Positions 49,005 through 57,038 of a stretch of DNA of 63,794 bases are shown piece after piece (position 1 is the first letter of the stretch; every line of letters starts with the position of its first letter). The stretch spans positions 1-63,794 of the IMG/VR virus record IMGVR_UViG_3300048061_000324; one strand, given 5' to 3'. The DNA comes from a virus (Duplodnaviria; Caudoviricetes). The notes below the pieces were generated by a model. That model made no database searches. It saw nothing but the letters and a program-made list of their open reading frames with translations, and had not been told where the DNA came from. Made by a program: the position numbers and the translations under genes.

Positions 49005-50774
49005 ATGTTTAAACTAAACAACTTAACTGTTAAGAATTTCATGAGTGTGGGTAACAGTACTCAGGCACTAGACTTTAACAGAAATGATTTAACACTTGTA
49101 CTAGGAGAGAACTTGGACACTGGAGGAGGTGACCATGGTGCTAGGAATGGTACAGGTAAAACTACTATCATTAATGCATTAAGTTTTGCATTGTACGGAA
49201 ATGCTTTAACAAATATTCGTAAAGATAATCTAGTAAACAAAACTAACGGCAAAAGTATGTTAGTTACTTGTGGATTTGAATATGGTGGAAAACAATATCG
49301 AGTAGAACGTGGCAGAAAGCCTAACGTACTAAAATTTTATGTAGATGGACAAGAACAAGAAGCATCAGATTCAGCACAAGGTGATAGTAGAGAAACACAA
49401 AAAGAAATAGAGATATTGTTGGGTATGAGCCATGAAATGTTTAAACACATTGTGGCACTGAATACATATACACAACCTTTCTTAAGTTTAAAACACAATG
49501 AACAAAGAGTTATTATCGAACAGTTGTTAGGTATAACATTATTAAGTGAAAAATCTGATCAACTAAAAGAACAGTTGCGTATTAATAAAGATTTAATTAC
49601 ACAAGAAGAATATAAAATTAAAGCAATTGGTGATGCTAATGAAAAAATTAGAGAACAGATTGACGCTCTTAAACGTAGAAGTAAGATGTGGTCAGATAAA
49701 AAGGTACAAGAATCTGGTCAATTACAAAAAGCATTAGATGATTTAACTCATGTTGATATCGATAACGAAATACAATCACACAACTTGCTAACAGAATATG
49801 TTGAAAAAGCAAGACAGTTTACAGATTTACAAGATCAACTTGCAAGACTTGTTAATGAATCAGATAGATATATTAAGAATCAAGCAAAATTAGAAAAAGA
49901 AGTTGAATCTTTAGAAGAGCATAAATGTTATGCTTGTGGACAAGAATTACATGATAATAAACATGAAGAAATACTTAAAGATAAAAAAGAATTATTAACT
50001 GAAGCAGTTTCTTTTATAGAAAACAGTAAAAAATCTGAAGAAGAACTGACATCTCAACTAGCAAGTATGGGAGATTTAGGCACAAAACCTGTTGTATTTT
50101 ATGACAAAATTGAAGATGCTTACAACCACAGGTCTAGTTTAGAGCAGTTAAAAAGTGAATTAACCAGCCTTCAAGCACAGGAAGATCCATATCTGGAACA
50201 GATTCAAGAAATGGAAGAACATGGAATTGAAGAGGTTAAGTACGATACAGTAAACGAATTAACTAGAGTTAAGGATCATCAAGATTTCTTGTTGAAACTT
50301 TTAACTAGTAAAGATTCGTTTATTCGTAAACGTATTATAGACCAAAATCTAGCATTCCTTAACAAGCGTCTTGCTTATTATTTGGAACGTATTGGATTAC
50401 CACATAGTGTTGTATTCCAAAATGATCTTACTGTAATAATTACGGAACTAGGACGGGAGTTAGATTTTGATAACCTAAGCAGAGGGGAACGTAACAGACT
50501 TATACTTTCTTTAAGTTGGGCGTTCAGAGATGTTTGGGAAAACTTATACCAGCCCATTAACTTGTTGTTTATTGATGAACTTGTTGACTCTGGTATGGAT
50601 AGCTCAGGTGTAGAAAATAGTCTGGCTATACTTAAAAAAATCAGTAGAGAACGTAAGAAGTCTGTTTGGCTTGTGTCACACAGAGACGAACTCGCTGGTC
50701 GGGTTAATAACATTTTATCCGTTATTAAAGAAAACGGATTTACTAGTTATAATACTGACATTGACGTTGTATAG
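49005..50774 (+). CDS. gp46: Recombination ATPase gp46 (Rad50/SbcC-like)
   Basis: NGTGKTT Walker A, CYAC zinc hook, LSRGE signature, LFIDE Walker B, VSH. Confidence 0.93.
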   Translation: MFKLNNLTVKNFMSVGNSTQALDFNRNDLTLVLGENLDTGGGDHGARNGTGKTTIINALSFALYGNALTNIRKDNLVNKTNGKSMLVTCGFEYGGKQYRVERGRKPNVLKFYVDGQEQEASDSAQGDSRETQKEIEILLGMSHEMFKHIVALNTYTQPFLSLKHNEQRVIIEQLLGITLLSEKSDQLKEQLRINKDLITQEEYKIKAIGDANEKIREQIDALKRRSKMWSDKKVQESGQLQKALDDLTHVDIDNEIQSHNLLTEYVEKARQFTDLQDQLARLVNESDRYIKNQAKLEKEVESLEEHKCYACGQELHDNKHEEILKDKKELLTEAVSFIENSKKSEEELTSQLASMGDLGTKPVVFYDKIEDAYNHRSSLEQLKSELTSLQAQEDPYLEQIQEMEEHGIEEVKYDTVNELTRVKDHQDFLLKLLTSKDSFIRKRIIDQNLAFLNKRLAYYLERIGLPHSVVFQNDLTVIITELGRELDFDNLSRGERNRLILSLSWAFRDVWENLYQPINLLFIDELVDSGMDSSGVENSLAILKKISRERKKSVWLVSHRDELAGRVNNILSVIKENGFTSYNTDIDVV

Positions 50775-50785
50775 GAGAAAATAAA

Positions 50786-50962
50786 ATGGCAATACATGAC
50801 GACATCGTAGCACACTACGACAATTATCTTAAAGAAAACGAAGCATTTGAAACTAAAGGTGTAAAAGCCGCGGCGGCAAGAGCTCGTAAGGCTTTAGGAG
50901 AAATGGGCAAACTTGCAAAAGCAAGACGTGCCGAGATCCAAGAGAAAAAGAACAGTATGTAA
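50786..50962 (+). CDS. Small histone H1-like (Hc1-type) nucleoid protein, 58 aa
   Basis: Not in ORF track; AGGAG SD; MAIHDDIVAHYDNYLKENEAFETKGVKAAAARARKALGEMGKLAKARRAEIQEKKNSM. Confidence 0.8.
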   Translation: MAIHDDIVAHYDNYLKENEAFETKGVKAAAARARKALGEMGKLAKARRAEIQEKKNSM

Positions 50963-52318
50963 ATGATTTCTATTACAAGATTATCTAATAATTTTGAAAT
51001 AGTTGATCTTATTACTGATACCCAGTTAGACAAAACAAAGTTAATGCGTTTTGCTTCTGGGTATCAGCAACTGTTCCGTAAACATAATCTAAAAAAAGGT
51101 GACAGAATTGGCCTTGCTCTGCAAGAAGACTTCCATCATCTTGCCTGTGTCTTCGCGGCAATTGATTATGGACTTATAATTGTTATAAGTGGTGAACATG
51201 AAATAACAGACAAATATATTTCTAGAAGACAAATAAAAGCATTTATATCACGGGGTGTACAACCTTGTACAGTTCATGCAACTAATGTTAATCATATTGA
51301 ATTAACAGAAGACGTTACTGAATCAAACAAAGATTACATTATCGATCATTCTGATATTTTAGTAGAAGCATTAACAAGTGGTAGTACTGGAGAACCTAAG
51401 TGTATTCAACATACACATTTTAGTGTAGAAAGTGCAACAGAAAATAGCATAAAACATTATTGGAAAGAAGCAGACACTAGTTGGTTTTTCCATAACATTG
51501 TACATTTAGGTGTAAGCAGTGTTTACTTTTTTCCTGCATTGTTTTCTAGTAAAAGAATTATTTTACCTCCGTTAGATAATCCATATGATGAAGTATTACT
51601 GTCTAAGTATAAACCAGACATAATGTTAATATTTCCATCACATTACCAAGAGTATTCTAAACAAGGAATACATTTAAGAGATTTAAGTCACGTTAAGTGG
51701 GTACTAACAGGCGGAAGTGTAATAGACCGTTCTTTTATTAGACGCATGATAAAAAATCAAGGCGTAGAAAAAGTTGCAGTAATATATGGACTTACTGAAT
51801 GTTTACCACCTTTAATACATAAAGTTGTTGACAAAGAAAATTTAGACTCGTATAATGTTAAAGAGATGGGTTACATCATCGACAGTACAGGAACATACGA
51901 TATTAACAAAGATGAAATACTTACAATTAAAGGTAGTAATCATTTATGTAAAAGTATAAACGACAAACCTGTAGATACATTTATTACTCAAGATGTTGTA
52001 AGTGCAGGTAGTGATTCATTTTTCTTTGAAAAACGTAATAGCGATTTAATAAGAATAAATGATACATTAATAAATCCACAACAACTAGTACCAAATTGGT
52101 TAGATGGTTATTGTTGTGTCTTTAGTACTTCACAGACACACGTTGTAGTGGTTATGCATCACAAAAAAGTAAATGTAAAAGAGTTGATTCAGAAATTAAC
52201 CGTTAACGGAATCAACCATGATAAATTAATTACGCCGATAAAACTTAATGTTCTCGGCAAACCAGATATCAATAAATTAAAGGGAATCTATGATAGGGCA
52301 AATAAGGGCACATCTTAA
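50963..52318 (+). CDS. Adenylate-forming (AMP-binding, acyl-CoA synthetase/A-domain-like) enzyme
   Basis: LKKGDRI, TSGSTGEPK P-loop, TGGS, YGLTE, TQD, R..DLI, terminal LGK. Confidence 0.85.
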   Translation: MISITRLSNNFEIVDLITDTQLDKTKLMRFASGYQQLFRKHNLKKGDRIGLALQEDFHHLACVFAAIDYGLIIVISGEHEITDKYISRRQIKAFISRGVQPCTVHATNVNHIELTEDVTESNKDYIIDHSDILVEALTSGSTGEPKCIQHTHFSVESATENSIKHYWKEADTSWFFHNIVHLGVSSVYFFPALFSSKRIILPPLDNPYDEVLLSKYKPDIMLIFPSHYQEYSKQGIHLRDLSHVKWVLTGGSVIDRSFIRRMIKNQGVEKVAVIYGLTECLPPLIHKVVDKENLDSYNVKEMGYIIDSTGTYDINKDEILTIKGSNHLCKSINDKPVDTFITQDVVSAGSDSFFFEKRNSDLIRINDTLINPQQLVPNWLDGYCCVFSTSQTHVVVVMHHKKVNVKELIQKLTVNGINHDKLITPIKLNVLGKPDINKLKGIYDRANKGTS

Positions 52319-52532
52319 AGAAGCCGGCAAATCGTATTTCGCACATACAAAATTTGCAATCGTGGCTGGCTTAGACTTGATACTAACCGGTATCATCAGC
52401 ATCATACACGGCATTGTTCCAACTCTGTTTCCTTTTTATGCAGAGAAAAAGATTGACGAATACCATCAAAAGGTGTTATTGTTAAACAAACATAGGAAGA
52501 AGAATGCCAAGCAAACAAAAAGCAAAAGGTAG
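52290..52532 (+). CDS. Small membrane-associated protein (DUF6356-like)
   Basis: HLKEAGKSYFAH...IIHGIVPTLF. Confidence 0.65.
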   Translation: MIGQIRAHLKEAGKSYFAHTKFAIVAGLDLILTGIISIIHGIVPTLFPFYAEKKIDEYHQKVLLLNKHRKKNAKQTKSKR

Positions 52533-53013
52533 TAATTGGGAAAGAGACGTTGCACGTTTCTTATCTGATCTATATCAGGAATCTTTTATTAGAGCACCTG
52601 GCTCAGGAGCCTATGTAGGCGGAACTAATACTGTCCGTAAAGAAGTATTACATGAAGGTCAAATACGTGGATTCAAAGGGGACATTGTTCCTGGACAATC
52701 ATTTCCAAAATTTAATGCAGAATGCAAATCGTATAAAGACTTTCCATTTCATCAACTGTTAACTTCAGACAAAGTTCGTATGCTGGAAGACTGGCTGGAC
52801 CAATTAATGGATGCGGCAGATGATGGTGACTTCAATATTTTAATAATGAAGTTTAACAACAAAGGCAAATTTGTAGCAACCCCCTCAACACATCAACTTA
52901 AAACAACACGACAATTCACATATCATTCCCCCAAGCACAACACATGGCTCATTACAGGCTTCGACGAATTTTGGCAAAGAAACGCAGACAGAGTTAAGAC
53001 TCTGTGTGCATAG
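52504..53013 (+). CDS. Hjc-like PD-(D/E)XK nuclease, putative Holliday junction resolvase
   Basis: KAKGSNWERDVA, RAPGSGA, GDI, AECK. Confidence 0.8.
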   Translation: MPSKQKAKGSNWERDVARFLSDLYQESFIRAPGSGAYVGGTNTVRKEVLHEGQIRGFKGDIVPGQSFPKFNAECKSYKDFPFHQLLTSDKVRMLEDWLDQLMDAADDGDFNILIMKFNNKGKFVATPSTHQLKTTRQFTYHSPKHNTWLITGFDEFWQRNADRVKTLCA

Positions 53014-53024
53014 GCAAATCATTT

Positions 53025-53390
53025 AGCACATAAGGTTAGCGGGCCAGTTTAATATACCGCTGTGGAAAAACTTATAGAGATATAAGACACGCAACACACT
53101 ATGAAACACGGCAGACCGTGAATGTCCATTCAAACAAATTGGGACGTGGATTGGTGTAGTACGAATGCTAACGTATGACAAACGCACATAACTCTTAAAA
53201 ACTGTAACGATAGGAACGAGGTTACAGACTGCTAACGCAGGATCAGTATAGGTTGGGAAAGGCTAGAGCCCATAGAGTTGCGATAAAATACCTATTTCCA
53301 ATAAAGTCTGGCTGGGGCGAACTCACATGAAGACAGGACGGAACCTTAAAAGTGGTTCCGTCTGACTGAAACAATCTACATGATGACTAT
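53025..53390 (+). ncRNA. Putative large structured non-coding RNA, family unknown; boundaries approximate
   Basis: ORF-free, GC-richer than flanks, at least 8 helices plus long-range pairings (see findings); strand favoured by a GAGA tetraloop and a G-U pair. Confidence 0.6.
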
Positions 53391-53455
53391 CGCTTCGCTC
53401 TTAACTTATATGTATTTCTAATTAAAAATAAACAACGAACGAAAGTGAAGTTGTT

Positions 53456-53478
53456 AGATGTACGAAGTACATCTTTTA
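53456..53478 (+). terminator. Hairpin with T-tract at the convergence point
   Basis: AGATGTAC-GAA-GTACATCT followed by TTT. Confidence 0.5.
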
Positions 53479-53489
53479 ATGTGAATCTA

Positions 53490-53678
53490 TTATAAGATAG
53501 GTAATCCAGTTTTATTAACTGTTTTAATATTCTCTTCGATAATATCGGCTATGTGTTTAGTGTCAGATCTCGACAACATATAAGCCTGATCTAAATTAAT
53601 ACCACCACGCATATACCATACGATTCGAGTAAGTTCTTTTTTTATAATTTGGGCTTCTTTGTCGTAGTCTTTAACCAT
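53490..53678 (-). CDS. gp51-like / 'T' segment of tail assembly chaperone, probably expressed by -1 frameshift from the upstream gene
   Basis: Frame stays open upstream of the ATG to the slippery site at 53720-53729; no clear SD; WYMRGG...AYML motif. Confidence 0.65.
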   Translation of the reverse strand: MVKDYDKEAQIIKKELTRIVWYMRGGINLDQAYMLSRSDTKHIADIIEENIKTVNKTGLPIL

Positions 53679-53713
53679 CTGTGCAATTTCTTCGTTGGCG
53701 AGACTCAGAAGCC

Positions 53714-54550
53714 TTATACGAAAAAATTTGCGTTATCGAATAATATTGGAGTCGACAACTCCGTTTCACAGTTAGAACACTTACCTTCAAATTGTTTAAA
53801 ACTGTTTTTATCTCTTTGTTGGTCTAGGTGATCTTGTACCGCTTTAAAAGTTTTTCTATCAACGTTTGATACAAACTCTGCAATATGATTTGGATCCTCT
53901 ACAACAACTCCATTAGACATTTCAATTTTACAAATTGTTTTTCCAATTAACCCTACTGTTAAGGCAGTAAGTCTTAAAAATGCATCTTGAAATAATTCAC
54001 GCTTCTTTTCATCGTCAATAGTTTCATTATTAACAATTTTCATAATTTTTGATTCTTCAAAATTACGCAAACTTTCAGCATTAATTTCTTTATAGTTTAA
54101 TGGTTGAAATGTAATTTTTAAATCACCTACTTCAAGTAAGTCGTCAAATTTCCAATTTTTAGTTTCATCCATTAAATGTGTTAAGTCAATTCCAAAATCA
54201 TTTTTGGTTTGACATTTAGGACAGCCGATGGTAATATCCATTTGCTCTCCATAAGTTGCAATACGAACGGCTATTAATAATGCGTCCATGTCGATACTAG
54301 GAACTTGCCAAGGATCCGAGATCGCTGGTACACAACTTCTTATTACTTCAACAGTACTAGCACCGTTGAGTAATGCATCTGGCGTTTTTAGGACTAACTC
54401 GTCCCTAGCAGTCATTGGGTAAATCCCAAGTTCGCCGTTAGGTGGCAAGTCTAAAACACCTTGTTTATAGTACTTTCCTTGACTAGGTAGTGCAATATAA
54501 ACTTCTGGTTTACGAAAATATCCCACTAAAGGGTTTTGATTGTTTTCCAT
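53714..54550 (-). CDS. gp26: Baseplate hub assembly / tail assembly chaperone, T4 gp26-like
   Basis: IALPSQG, PMTARDE, IDMDALLIAVRIATYG, two CxxC motifs, ends NFFV. Confidence 0.8.
   Translation of the reverse strand: MENNQNPLVGYFRKPEVYIALPSQGKYYKQGVLDLPPNGELGIYPMTARDELVLKTPDALLNGASTVEVIRSCVPAISDPWQVPSIDMDALLIAVRIATYGEQMDITIGCPKCQTKNDFGIDLTHLMDETKNWKFDDLLEVGDLKITFQPLNYKEINAESLRNFEESKIMKIVNNETIDDEKKRELFQDAFLRLTALTVGLIGKTICKIEMSNGVVVEDPNHIAEFVSNVDRKTFKAVQDHLDQQRDKNSFKQFEGKCSNCETELSTPILFDNANFFV
53720..53729 (-). other. Putative programmed -1 ribosomal frameshift site
   Basis: GCA AAT TTT TTC GTA TAA contains overlapping heptamers A_AAT_TTT and T_TTT_TTC. Confidence 0.65.
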
Positions 54551-54562
54551 GTTTTTGACTCC

Positions 54563-54613
54563 GATAAATAACTATATAAAATACTTCTTATGAAGTATAC
54601 ATAGTTATTTATC
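54563..54613. promoter_or_regulatory. Face-to-face late promoters forming an inverted repeat
   Basis: GATAAATAACTAT (54563-75) and its reverse complement (54601-13); inner ATACTTC/GAAGTAT stem. Confidence 0.65.
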
Positions 54614-54623
54614 TGGGTATATA

Positions 54624-56981
54624 ATGGCAGTTGAAATAGATATAGACAATAATAAAGTCACACTCAATAATGTTGCTACTGAAGAAACATTAAAGCGATT
54701 AGTGGATAAAATGGAAGGTTCTTCTTCCGGATCTACTGGTGGCGTTGCTTTCAAAGACGCAGTTGAGCAAACCAACAAAATGGCAAAAGGCACTAAAAAG
54801 CTCAACGTTGAGCTTAAAGGTCTTACTAAAAGTGCTGACGATTTAGCAGAAGAATTAGATGATGCGGCTGATTCTGCCCAAGGATTTGGCAGTAAAGTTG
54901 GTAACATGGCTAACAAAGTCATGGGTGCCGCCGAAGACGTAGTTAAATTTGGTGCTAGTACAGCCGGCGTTGGCTTAACAATGAAAGACGTTGGTGGAGC
55001 AGTTGACAAGTTTGCTAGTGCTATTCCTTATGCCGGGGCGGCTCTTGGAGCGGCTGGCGGAGCCATTATTGGACATACTGCAAATTTGGCAGATAGTTTT
55101 GACCAATTATCTAGAACAGGTGCAAACTTTAGCGGTAACTTATTTGATATTGAACGTGCCGCGGCAAAAAGTTATTTAAATTTAGAACAGTTTGGTGGAA
55201 TTATAAGAGAGAACTCAGCAAGTTTGGCTGTATTTGGTGGTAATGCTAAACTTGGTGCTAAACGATTTGTAGACATCAATGTCGCAATGAATGAAACATC
55301 ACGTGACAGATTGAGAATGCTTGGTATCAGTGCTGAAGAAAGTGCTGAAATGCTCGGTGAATATATTACGATGCAACAGCGTAATACTGCTTTCCAAGGA
55401 ATGAGTGTAAGGCAACAAAGTCAAGCGGCGGCAAATTATTCAGAAGAAATTACAAAACTTGCTACATTAACTGGACAAGACAGAAAACAACTTGCTGAAA
55501 AAATGGCAAGAGAAAAACAAGCGGCTGATATTGAATTACGTTTATCAGAGATGACTGCAAAAGGTAATACTGATACAAGAAATTCACTACAGTTACTAAA
55601 AGAAAAATTCGGCGATGTACCAGGTGCAATGGATCTTGTTACACAAGGTATGCGTGGATTTACAGTTGGTGCAACAACTGAAGGTAACGTTTTATTACAA
55701 AGTCCAATGGGGCAAGAGCTTAATAAACTTGGACAACAAATGCGTAATGGTACATTAACGCAAGAAGAAGTTATTAAGCGAATGGGTTCAGTATATGAAC
55801 AACAAAAAGGCACAATGGATGGTATGCGTGACTTGGGCGGATTTAGTCCTATAGCAGACCAAATGAACCAAAGTGTATTAGCACTTCAAGGTGTTAATCA
55901 GCAGTACAAAGTTATAATGGAAAAATTTGGCGGAGATATGACGGCATACTCCGAATCACTAAAACCAGATGTTAGCGAAGAAACAAAAACTGTGAAAAAG
56001 ACACAGATGGTAATTGAGGATTTAGGTAAAACAACAAGACTTGGAGTTAATAAAGTAGCCGAAGGTGCAATAGCATCGATGGGTGGAGTTGTTACACAAT
56101 TAAAAAATTTAGTTGACGGTGTTGAACTTGATGAAGATACTAAAAAAGAATTAACTAATTTCAAAACTAATACACAAGCGGCGGCTGGAGCGGCATCAGG
56201 ACTTGCCAAAGCGGCAACAAAAGCGGCAACTACTTTAGGTGAGATAGCAGTTAAAAATGCCGAAACAGTAAAACAAGTTGCAAAAGCGGCAACGTCGACA
56301 GGATCGTCAGCAACAACAGGAGTTGCAAAAGCAGTTACAAGTAACGCAGATGAGGTTGCTAAAACAGGTGGTGCAGTAGCATCAGCAGTAAAAGGAACAG
56401 CGGCGGCAACTGGGTCAGTTGGATCTAGTGTTGCGGCAAATTTACTTAAAAAAATTCCAATACTAGGTGCTTTAGCAACAGGTGGTATTAACTATGCAAC
56501 AAGTGACCAAGATACACAAGTAGGTAAAGTAGCAGAAGGTGTTGGTTCAGGACTTGGATCATTTGGTGGTGGTTTAGGTGGAGCGGCGGCAGGTGCCGCA
56601 ATTGGTACTGCAATTCTTCCTGTTGTAGGAACTGCCATTGGTGGTATTATTGGTGGTATTGCTGGAAGTTTAGCAGGTGATAAAGCAGGTAAAGGATTAG
56701 GCGGTTGGTTTGCAGATAAGTTTGGATTTGAAGATGGCGGTATTATTAGACAACCAACATTAAGTATGATAGGTGAAGGCGCAAGTGACGAAGCAGTTGT
56801 TCCTTTAGCAAATAACCGTAGTATTCCTGTAGATATCGACATGGCACCTATTGCAAATTTAACAAAAAGTGTTGAAAAACTTGTAGAAATGCAAAATATG
56901 AAAGCCGATAATACAGAATTAGTTAATGAATTAAAGAAAATGAATCGTCAAACAGGACAAATAGTAAAACTTCAATCTTAA
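54624..56981 (+). CDS. Tape measure-like protein
   Basis: Ala/Gly-rich helical 785 aa with NVATEETL N-terminus, glycine-zipper region and GEGASDEAVVPL; divergent from gp26-like gene. Confidence 0.72.
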   Translation: MAVEIDIDNNKVTLNNVATEETLKRLVDKMEGSSSGSTGGVAFKDAVEQTNKMAKGTKKLNVELKGLTKSADDLAEELDDAADSAQGFGSKVGNMANKVMGAAEDVVKFGASTAGVGLTMKDVGGAVDKFASAIPYAGAALGAAGGAIIGHTANLADSFDQLSRTGANFSGNLFDIERAAAKSYLNLEQFGGIIRENSASLAVFGGNAKLGAKRFVDINVAMNETSRDRLRMLGISAEESAEMLGEYITMQQRNTAFQGMSVRQQSQAAANYSEEITKLATLTGQDRKQLAEKMAREKQAADIELRLSEMTAKGNTDTRNSLQLLKEKFGDVPGAMDLVTQGMRGFTVGATTEGNVLLQSPMGQELNKLGQQMRNGTLTQEEVIKRMGSVYEQQKGTMDGMRDLGGFSPIADQMNQSVLALQGVNQQYKVIMEKFGGDMTAYSESLKPDVSEETKTVKKTQMVIEDLGKTTRLGVNKVAEGAIASMGGVVTQLKNLVDGVELDEDTKKELTNFKTNTQAAAGAASGLAKAATKAATTLGEIAVKNAETVKQVAKAATSTGSSATTGVAKAVTSNADEVAKTGGAVASAVKGTAAATGSVGSSVAANLLKKIPILGALATGGINYATSDQDTQVGKVAEGVGSGLGSFGGGLGGAAAGAAIGTAILPVVGTAIGGIIGGIAGSLAGDKAGKGLGGWFADKFGFEDGGIIRQPTLSMIGEGASDEAVVPLANNRSIPVDIDMAPIANLTKSVEKLVEMQNMKADNTELVNELKKMNRQTGQIVKLQS

Positions 56982-56984
56982 CGG

Positions 56985-57013
56985 TTGCAATAAATACTAC
57001 TATATGTTATAAT
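56985..57013 (+). promoter_or_regulatory. Composite promoter for portal: sigma70 extended -10 plus overlapping late core
   Basis: TTGCAA (56985-90), 17-nt spacer, TG-n-TATAAT (57008-13); AATAAATA at 56989-96. Confidence 0.6.
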
Positions 57014-57038
57014 AAAGCATTGAATATAGGAAAAACGA

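Noticed and set aside
50824-51033. 69-aa minus-strand ORF in the track
   Set aside because: Antisense to the better supported plus-strand Hc1-like gene with a strong SD
53014-53489. Group I/II intron, tmRNA, RNase P, tRNA or CRISPR array
   Set aside because: Flanking genes are complete and convergent; no intron core or domain V motif, no tRNA-like ends, no RNase P P4 motif, no repeat-spacer periodicity
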